Below are positions 51,801 to 61,391 of a stretch of 64,000 nt of DNA, one piece after another. Both the position numbers and the translations under genes were made by a program. Under the pieces are notes generated by a model. It was given only the letters and a program-made list of their open reading frames with translations, did not search any database and had not been told where the DNA came from. Within the stretch, counting starts at the first letter, position 1, and each line of letters opens with the position of its first letter. This DNA is from Eledone cirrhosa (taxonomy: Eukaryota), in assembly GCA_964016885.1 (NCBI GenBank), contig OZ024740.1, positions 32,984,001 to 33,048,000 on the forward strand, read 5' to 3'.

Positions 51801-54800
51801 TATGTTGTAGTAACTGGTGTAGTGTATGTTGTAGTACTAACTGGTGGTATTGGTGTAGTATATGTTGTAGTAACTGGTGTAGTGTATGTTGAAGTACTAA
51901 CTGGTGGTAATGGTGTAGTATATGTTGTAGTAACTGGTGTAGTGTATGTTGAAGTACTAACTGGTGGTATTGGTGTAGTATATGTTGTAGTAACTGGTGT
52001 AGTGTATGTTGTAGTACTAACTGGTCGTATTGGTGTAGTATATGTTGTAGTAACTGGTGTAGTATATGTTGTAGTAACTGGTGTAGTGTATGTTGAAGTA
52101 CTAACTGGTGGTATTGGTGTAGTATATGTTGTAGTAACTGGTGTAGTATATGTTGTAGTAACTGGTGTAGTGTATGTTGAAGTACTAACTGGTGGTATTG
52201 GTGTAGTATATGTTATAGTAACTGGTGTAGTGTATGTTGAAGTACTAACTGGTGGTAATGGTGTAGTATATGTTGTAGTAACTGGTGTAGTGTATGTTGT
52301 AGTACTAACTGGTGGTATTGGTGTAGTATATGTTGTAGTAACTGGTGTAGTGTATGTTGAAGTACTAACTGGTGGTATTGGTGTAGTATATGTTGTAGTA
52401 ACTGGTGTAGTGTATGTTGAAGTACTAACTGGTCGTATTGGTGTAGTATATGTTGTAGTAACTGGTGTAGTGTATGTTGAAGTACTAACTGGTGGTATTG
52501 GTGTAGTATATGTTGTAGTAACTGGTGTAGTGTATATTGTAGTAACTGGTGTAGTGTATGTTGTAGTACTAACTGGTGGTATTGGTGTAGTATATGTTGT
52601 AGTAACTGGTGTAGTGTATGTTGAAGTACTAACTGGTGGTATTGGTGTAGTATATGTTGTAGTAACTGGTGTAGTGTATGTTGAAGTACTAACTGGTGGT
52701 ATTGGTGTAGTACATGTTGTAGTAACTGGTGTAGTGTATGTTGTAGTACTAACTGGTGGTATTGGTGTAGTACATGTTGTAGTAACTGGTGTAGTGTATG
52801 TTGAAGTACTAACTGGTGGTATTGGTGTAGTATATGTTGTAGTAACTGGTGTAGTGTATGTTGAAGTACTAACTGGTGGTAATGGTGTAGTACATGTTGT
52901 AGTAACTGGTGTAGTGTATGTTGAAGTACTAACTGGTGGTAATGGTGTAGTACATGTTGTAGTAACTGGTGTAGTGTATGTTGTAGTACTAACTGGTGGT
53001 ATTGGTGTAGTATATGTTGTAGTAACTGGTGTAGTGTATGTTGTAGTACTAACTGGTCGTATTGGTGTAGTATATGTTGTAGTAACTGGTGTAGTGTATG
53101 TTGAAGTACTAACTGGTCGTATTGGTGTAGTATATGTTGTAGTAACTGGTGTAGTGTATGTTGAAGTACTAACTGGTGGTATTGGTGTAGTATATGTTGT
53201 AGTAACTGGTGTAGTGTATGTTGAAGTACTAACTGGTGGTATTGGTGTAGTATATGTTGTAGTAACTGGTGTAGTGTATATTGTAGTAACTGGTGTAGTG
53301 TATGTTGTAGTACTAACTGGTGGTATTGGTGTAGTATATGTTGTAGTAACTGGTGTAGTGTATGTTGAAGTACTAATTGGTGGTAATGGTGTAGTACATG
53401 TTGTAGTAACTGGTGTAGTGTATGTTGTAGTACTAACTGGTGGTATTGGTGTAGTATATGTTGTAGTAACTGGTGTAGTGTATGTTGTAGTACTAACTGG
53501 TCGTATTGGTGTAGTGTATGTTGTAGTACTAACTGGTGGTATTGGTGTAGTATATGTTGTAGTAACTGGTGTAGTGTATGTTGTAGTACTAACTGGTGGT
53601 ATTGGTGTAGTATATGTTGTAGTAACTGGTGTAGTGTATGTTGTAGTACTAACTGGTGGTATTGGTGTAGTATATGTTGTAGTAACTGGTGTAGTGTATG
53701 TTGTAGTACTAACTGGTCGTATTGGTGTAGTATATGTTGTAGTAACTGGTGTAGTGTATGTTGTAGTACTAACTGGTGGTATTGGTGTAGTATATGTTGT
53801 AGTAACTGGTGTAGTGTATGTTGTAGTACTAACTGGTGGTATTGGTGTAGTATATGTTGTAGTAACTGGTGTAGTGTATGTTGAAGTACTAACTGGTGGT
53901 AATGGTGTAGTATATGTTGTAGTAACTGGTGTAGTGTATGTTGAAGTACTAACTGGTGGTATTGGTGTAGTATATGTTGTAGTAACTGGTGTAGTGTATG
54001 TTGAAGTACTAACTGGTGGTAATGGTGTAGTACATGTTGTAGTAACTGGTGTAGTGTATGTTGTAGTACTAACTGGTGGTATTGGTGTAGTATATGTTGT
54101 AGTAACTGGTGTAGTGTATGTTGTAGTACTAACTGGTCGTATTGGTGTAGTGTATGTTGTAGTACTAACTGGTGGTATTGGTGTAGTATATGTTGTAGTA
54201 ACTGGTGTAGTGTATGTTGTAGTACTAACTGGTGGTATTGGTGTAGTATATGTTGTAGTAACTGGTGTAGTGTATGTTGTAGTACTAACTGGTGGTATTG
54301 GTGTAGTATATGTTGTAGTAACTGGTGTAGTGTATGTTGTAGTACTAACTGGTCGTATTGGTGTAGTATATGTTGTAGTAACTGGTGTAGTGTATGTTGT
54401 AGTACTAACTGGTGGTATTGGTGTAGTATATGTTGTAGTAACTGGTGTAGTGTATGTTGTAGTACTAACTGGTGGTAATGGTGTAGTATATGTTGTAGTA
54501 ACTGGTGTAGTGTATGTTGAAGTACTAACTGGTGGTATTGGTGTAGTATATGTTGTAGTAACTGGTGTAGTGTATGTTGAAGTACTAACTGGTGGTATTG
54601 GTGTAGTATATGTTGTAGTAACTGGTGTAGTGTATGTTGAAGTACTAACTGGTGGTATTGGTGTAGTATATGTTGTAGTAACTGGTGTAGTGTATGTTGT
54701 AGTACTAACTGGTGGTATTGGTGTAGTATATGTTGTAGTAACTGGTGTAGTGTATGTTGTAGTACTAACTGGTGGTATTGGTGTAGTATATGTTGTAGTA

Positions 54801-55995
54801 ACTGGTGTAGTGTATGTTGTAGTACTAACTGGTGGTATTGGTGTAGTATATGTTGTAGTAACTGGTGTAGTGTATGTTGTAGTACTAACTGGTGGTATTG
54901 GTGTAGTATATGTTGTAGTAACTGGTGTAGTGTATGTTGTAGTACTAACTGGTGGTATTGGTGTAGTATATGTTGTAGTAACTGGTGTAGTGTATGTTGA
55001 AGTACTAACTGGTGGTAATGGTGTAGTATATGTTGTAGTAACTGGTGTAGTGTATGTTGAAGTACTAACTGGTGGTATTGGTGTAGTATATGTTGTAGTA
55101 ACTGGTGTAGTGTATGTTGAAGTACTAACTGGTGGTAATGGTGTAGTACATGTTGTAGTAACTGGTGTAGTGTATGTTGTAGTACTAACTGGTGGTATTG
55201 GTGTAGTATATGTTGTAGTAACTGGTGTAGTGTATGTTGTAGTACTAACTGGTCGTATTGGTGTAGTATATGTTGTAGTAACTGGTGTAGTGTATGTTGT
55301 AGTACTAACTGGTGGTATTGGTGTAGTATATGTTGTAGTAACTGGTGTAGTGTATGTTGTAGTACTAACTGGTGGTATTGGTGTAGTATATGTTGTAGTA
55401 ACTGGTGTAGTGTATGTTGTAGTACTAACTGGTGGTATTGGTGTAGTATATGTTGTAGTAACTGGTGTAGTGTATGTTGAAGTACTAACTGGTCGTATTG
55501 GTGTAGTATATGTTGTAGTAACTGGTGTAGTGTATGTTGTAGTAATAACTGGTGGTATTGGTGTAGTATATGTTGTAGTAACTGGTGTAGTGTATGTTGT
55601 AGTACTAACTGGTGGTATTGGTGTAGTATATGTTGTAGTAACTGGTGTAGTGTATGTTGTAGTACTAACTGGTGGTATTGGTGTAGTATATGTTGTAGTA
55701 ACTGGTGTAGTGTATGTTGTAGTACTAACTGGTGGTATTGGTGTAGTATATGTTGTAGTAACTGGTGTAGTGTATGTTGAAGTACTAACTGGTGGTATTG
55801 GTGTAGTACATGTTGTAGTAACTGGTGTAGTGTATGTTGTAGTACTAACTGGTGGTATTGGTGTAGTATATGTTGTAGTAACTGGTGTAGTGTATGTTGA
55901 AGTACTAACTGGTGGTATTGGTGTAGTACATGTTGTAGTAACTGGTGTAGTGTATGTTGAAGTACTAACTGGTGGTATTGGTGTAGTACATGTGG
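45836..55995. repeat. 10.2-kb 60-bp minisatellite (24+36-bp subunits) with a 4068-bp higher-order duplication; stop-free in one frame on each strand
   Basis: Unit GTGTAGTGTATGTTGTAGTACTAACTGGTGGTATTGGTGTAGTATATGTTGTAGTAACTG; rare variant tgttatag at 48143 and 52211. Confidence 0.97.
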
Positions 55996-56055
55996 TTATA
56001 CTAGCTACACTGGTGTACATTAAGGTTTGCATGGGTAAAGAGTGAACTGGGTTTT

Positions 56056-56436
56056 ACAGGAAGAGGAATGGGGGGAGGAGAGTGTCAAGTGGCAGTGGGA
56101 GGAAAACATGTATCTGACAGTGTGACAGGAAGAGGAATGGGGGGAGGAGAGTGTCAGGTGGCAGTGGGAGGAAAACATGTATCTGACAGTGTGACAGGAA
56201 GAGGAATGGGGGGAGGAGAGTGTCAGGTGGCAGTGGGAGGAAAACATGTATCTGACAGTGTGACAGGAAGAGGAATGGGGGGGGGGGGAGAGTGTCAGGT
56301 GGCAGTGGGAGGAAAACATGTATCTGACAGTGTGACAGGAAGAGGAATGGGGGGAGGAGAGTGTCAGGTGGCAGTGGGAGGAAAACATGTATCTGACAGC
56401 GTGACAGGAAGAGGAATGGGGGGAAGGAGAGTGTCT
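56056..56436. repeat. 69-bp purine-rich tandem repeat, about 5.5 copies
   Basis: caggaagaggaatgggggg recurs at 56057, 56126, 56195. Confidence 0.93.
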
Positions 56437-57211
56437 CAATTGGAGTAAGGGGGAAGTATGTATCTAAAGAGGAATAGAATCCATTGCACCAGCAATAAGA
56501 GAGAAAGGGGGAGACAAGAGCATGATTGTAAGGTAATGGTTGAAACATGTAGGAGAGTCTTTGCCAATCAGTTAAATAGCCTTCTTTGGGGTTTCCATGT
56601 AAGACAGGCATACATGGGCAACCTTTTGTGATCAGTGGTCCGCATTACTAAAAACTTGAAATTAGGTGCCATTCAGAAAGCCAAACGATCCGTAGTTTCC
56701 TTATGACTGGTGCAACATGTTTGTATGTGTAACTACAGCATTGTCCTAAATGTGGGAACAGTATTGCAATGTGGTCTAGGATGTCTGTGTGTGTAACAAC
56801 ACTGTCCTAGACGTGGGGGCAGCACAGTAATGTGGACTAAACGTAACACTGTCCCAGATGTGACAGTAGTACAGTAATTTAGTTTAGGATCAACACTGTC
56901 ACATGTGGGAGCAGTACTCTAATGTGGATCTATAGTGTCTGTGTGTAACAATAACCCTGCACCAGATGTTGGAGCAGTGTGCCAATATGAATCTTATTGA
57001 TCTTAAGATACATATTTTCTTTAGGACTCACTTTTGTATGTTTGCCACGAGAGCTCACCAGAAGAATAGACTTTGATGTGATTTAAAATTTTTTTACATG
57101 TTTTAATTGAAGAATATGAATTCTTTAGTTCAAATAAGTATTAATTTCTACATGTACCATTTGAAAACATTAGCTGAGATGTTACCAACACAACAGTCAT
57201 TATCATCTCCA

Positions 57212-57745
57212 GTAACATTGGTTAGACAGGACCTTTCTAATAACATAGGTTAGACAGGACCTTTCTAATAACATAGGTTAGACAGGACCTTTCTCATAAC
57301 ATTGGTTAGACAGGACCTTTCTAATAACATAGATTAGACAGGACCTTTCTAATAACATAGATTAGACAGGACCTTTCTCATAACATTGGTTAGACAGGAC
57401 CTTTCTAATAACATTGGTTAGACAGGACCTTTCTAATAACATAGGTTAGACAGGACCTTTCTAATAACATAGGTTAGACAGGACCTTTCTAATAACATAG
57501 GTTAGACAGGACCTTTCTAATAACATTGGTTAGACAGGACCTTTCTAATAACATTGGTTAGACAGGACCTTTCTAATAACATAGGTTAGACAGGACCTTT
57601 CTAATAACAGGTTAGACAGGACCTTTCTCATAACATTGGTTAGACAGGACTTTTCCAGTAAGATGGGTTAGACAAGACCTTTACAGTAACCTAAGTTAGA
57701 CAAGTTCCCTCCTGTAACGTGAGTTAGACAAGACCTCTCCAGTGT
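57212..57745. repeat. 28-bp minisatellite (TAACATAGGTTAGACAGGACCTTTCTAA)
   Basis: Periodicity 57241/57269. Confidence 0.93.
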
Positions 57746-57779
57746 AGTTTCCCTTCATTTTCCTCTTTCCTGTGTCATC

Positions 57780-59160
57780 TTTGTGAGTTTCAGCATTCAC
57801 CACATCTGTCCCTTGTTTCCCTCCACTTGGAACTCCTGGCATTTCACCTAACAGGAATCATTCAAATGCATCTCATGTCTGTACCAATGCAGCCTTCTCT
57901 CACGCACACTATTTCTCCCAACTAATCCTAGCTTCATTGTTCATGTACGCTGACATTACACACACAATCTAAAGGTAAAATCTGTTTCAAGCCCAGAGGT
58001 TCATCAGGCTGGTGCTTATCCTGGTTTCCATGGTGTTAAGCACCAGAGAGCACAAGACTCACCACTAGACAGGAACCAGTCCATTGCAGGGTTAACCCCC
58101 CAGCAACTGCTACTGATACTCGTTTCCAGCTGAGTATAGTGGAGCAAGATGAAATGAAGTGCTTTGCTCAAGAACACAACACAACCTAGTCTAGGAATTG
58201 AAACCATGATATTATGATCGTAAGTCTAACACATACCAATAGGTCACACACCTCCACTACACACCCAATAAAACATGCTTAATTCATTTCTCTCCAATCT
58301 TTGCAATTCATTTGCATTGAATGCCCATGTCTCCCCCCATCCATGCAACATTATACTATTTACTCTTTACATGAAGAGAAAACCCTTTTGATGTTAGCAG
58401 AAGTAATGGTTCCCGGAGCATTCTCCCATCCTGCTCTTATTCTACATACTATGCTTTCAGAGCACCTCCCCTCACTGCTAGTTAGGTCACCTAGGTAGTA
58501 GAAACTATCAACTTCTACTTCTAACTGGTACTCTTGTTGCTGACTATTACTGTGAATTTACCACTTCTAAAATCTCTTTGATCCCATTACATCTATTATG
58601 CAACCACAGTTTATATTGGGTACATCAAATGGAGTTTCTCCTGACTCTTTTCTGTATACTGGGCATAACCATTTCCTACTTACCAGCATTTTAGTCTTTG
58701 CTAAGTTTACGTTGATTCTAGGTTTAGATTTAACATCCAGAATTTCTTCTGTAAAAGCTCCACAGATTCAGCTATTAATACTAGTTCCCACAGAAAACCC
58801 AATCTATAAATAACAGCTCATCAGCATACAGGAGTTCCCACAGACAGCCAATCTATAAATACCAGCTCATCAGCATACAAGAGTTCCTACAGACAGCCAG
58901 TCTATAAATACCAGCTCATCAGCATACAAGAGTTCCTACAGACAGCTAGTCTATAAATACCAGCTCATCAGCATACAGGAGTTCCCACAGACAACCAGTC
59001 TATAAATACCAGCTCATCAGCATACAGGAGTTCCCACAGACAGTCAGTCTTGAACTCTAATGAACAGGAGCAAACTGAGAACTAGACCCTGATGGAAACC
59101 AACTTACATGCTGAATTCCTCACTAAACTTATTGCCCACCCTCACTTTACTGACAGCATC
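57780..59160 (-). mobile_element. Old degenerate RTE fragment with a nested SINE (~57985-58257) and an internal 49-bp tandem amplification
   Basis: Residual SFYYLGD (58485-58510), KTKML, HQGLVLS and LLYADE motifs in the expected order. Confidence 0.75.
58790..59050. repeat. 49-bp minisatellite derived from the RT YADD-motif region
   Basis: cagctcatcagcatac at 58814, 58863, 58912...; minus strand reads TGCLWELLYADEL. Confidence 0.9.
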
Positions 59161-59510
59161 TTTATGATTTCATTAAATTAAGAAAGCAAAGGATTTAAAG
59201 AACTTAGAGACTAAGAAGTTTAAACTTACAAGTACAGAAATATGAAAACAATCTCAATGGATTAATGTAAAACATCTTTCATTTGGTTGTTAAAATTAGA
59301 GCTTTCATATAAGACAAATCAGGACAAACTGTCTGGTTAGTTACAAACCTTTCCATTACATACATACACAAAAACCCATATTAAACTGATCGTTGTAGAA
59401 TAGCCCATCAGACCAACTAGAACAAATCTATAGCATTAGAATTAAATACGTAATATCCCACCTAGCACACCAAATATAGAATAACTTGAAACATGCTATA
59501 CACACTTTAA

Positions 59511-59649
59511 TCCTTTAGCATTTACATTACACTGCTTTTATATTTTCACAGTAAAGGCTTTATCTCACATAATATGGAATCTACGAGATTTTGAACAGAA
59601 AGAGATGAAAGAATTCTGGCTGGATATGGCTGGTTTAAATACAAAAGAG
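59511..59649. mobile_element. piggyBac-like MITE, third, more degenerate copy
   Basis: TTAA|TCCTTTAGCATTTAC...TAAATACAAAAGAG|TTAA. Confidence 0.7.
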
Positions 59650-60054
59650 TTAATCTAACATTGTACAGTATAATGTCTCCAGCTATCACTATGCCATTTT
59701 ATTTCCAGACATTCTATCTACAACTAAATTGTCTCATATTATTCCTTATTAACTCTTAATATCCCCCAGAAAATATATAAAAAAGAGTTTCTAAATTCAA
59801 ATATTTGTAGTCTCTTTACTAGTTGACAGATTGTTGTGAAAATTTGTAGTATTAAAGACTTCAATTTATAATGAAATGCAACCAATGCTGTTTTATACTT
59901 TTTAAGAATGTTTTTCTAATGTGGTTTCCATGGGGCACAGAATGTTAATAATTAAAATGATAGCAAATTTTTTTAATTTGGTTTGGAGAAAGAGGTTATA
60001 TTCTTTACAGGCTCTCTGAGGGAATTCCAGATTGCTGACTGTAGGGAAGAATGT

Positions 60055-60275
60055 CATGGTAAAGTGGCAAGTGCAAGGCCTAGGATGCTGTTATAGTGGT
60101 TTGAGAGGCAGAGAGAGGAGACCACATATCTGAGGGCTAGAAGTGTTTCATGACAATCAGGTTGGGTGCTTCTTTTTGGATGTGGTCCAGGATGTCTGTT
60201 ATGGGTAGTAGCGGAACCATCCAAGATTTGAAAGCAGTATTCTATTGGGAACTGATATAGGGTAGTAACTGGAAA
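60055..60275 (-). mobile_element. Degenerate CR1/L2-like ORF2 fragment
   Basis: Frameshifted LLTLY...PIEYC...ILDHIQK...SSLCL...YN pattern. Confidence 0.4.
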
Positions 60276-60902
60276 CAAGTGGCTTAGTGGTTATATTGTT
60301 CAGTTCACAATTGTAAGGTTGTGAGTTTGGTTCCTGCTCACACCAGGCAGCATGTTGTGCCCTTGAGCAAAACCCTTTATTTCACATTGCTCTAGTGGTC
60401 TGAAGACTTACCACCCCTTTCTACTGTGTTAACGATATTGAAAGCTCTATTAACAGAATAAAATGATCTGATGCTGAGGCTGCCTCTCAGTTCTCCACAT
60501 CAGAATAATGGAGCTGTCCTTTATTAACTGAGGGAAATTTAGGTGCTGTTTCTCGCAGGTCAAGCACCCTTATTTATAGAGTTAATTGCATTAAGTCTGT
60601 TTTGTGACCATTAAGTGGACGTTAAAATGATGATGATGATATATAAATGTTCAAATGATTTACAGCCATGTCGGATGTATATATATATATAAATATATAT
60701 ATATATAAGGAGTATGTATATGTAGATGTCCATCTTCCACTCTAGCATGGGTAAGACGGGCTGTCCCTTTGTGAGGGATCAGGTTGGGGGACAGTGAATT
60801 TGCTCACACAGAACTGATATTGGCTTCATTTCTATGACTGGATGCCCTTCCTAACGCTAACTACATTTACAGTGTGTGCTGGGTGCTTTATATATATATA
60901 TA

Positions 60903-61370
60903 TAATAATAATGAAATTATTGTGTACAGTGCTCAGGTGCACTACAACTCATCAAAGGTGCATGTATAGTACATAGAATAATGTACAAATGTCAGGAAAA
61001 TGAACAGTGTATGAGTCATGATATAATAATAACAATAATGAAATATTGTGTAGTGCCCAGGTGCACCACAACTCATCAAAAAAGTGCATGTACAGTACAT
61101 AGGGCAATGCACAAACATCAGTAAAATGAACAGTGCACGAGTCATGATACACACGTGTGCATGTGTATGGAAGGTGTACATCAGGTGTAGTTTTGGCGTA
61201 TTTCGGGAAGCATGAGTGTCTTAAAGGATGCAGTGTCTCGGCAGCTAACAACTGATGCAGGCAGTTTGTTCCATGCTTCAGCAACTCTGAGCGTGAAAAA
61301 ATGTCTACGAAAGTCATGGGAGCTGTGCTGTTTTCTGATCTTGTAGGCATGTCCACGTGTGTTAGACACA
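60903..61370 (-). mobile_element. CR1/L2-group LINE 3' end with duplicated ~125-bp 3' terminus
   Basis: NTRGHAYKI...RRHFFTLRVAEAWNKLPASVV...SFK C-terminal motif; terminal segment at 60903-61022 and 61023-61148. Confidence 0.82.
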
Positions 61371-61391
61371 TGTATATATGGGATGATGGAG

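Noticed and set aside
45855-56045. 3396-aa V/G/Y-rich plus-strand ORF as a membrane or structural protein
   Set aside because: Antisense mirror of the 60-bp repeat; starts at a GTG inside the array, with no unique domain
56020-56611. ORFs over the 69-bp repeat
   Set aside because: Several frames on both strands are open because the unit is a multiple of 3; no coding evidence
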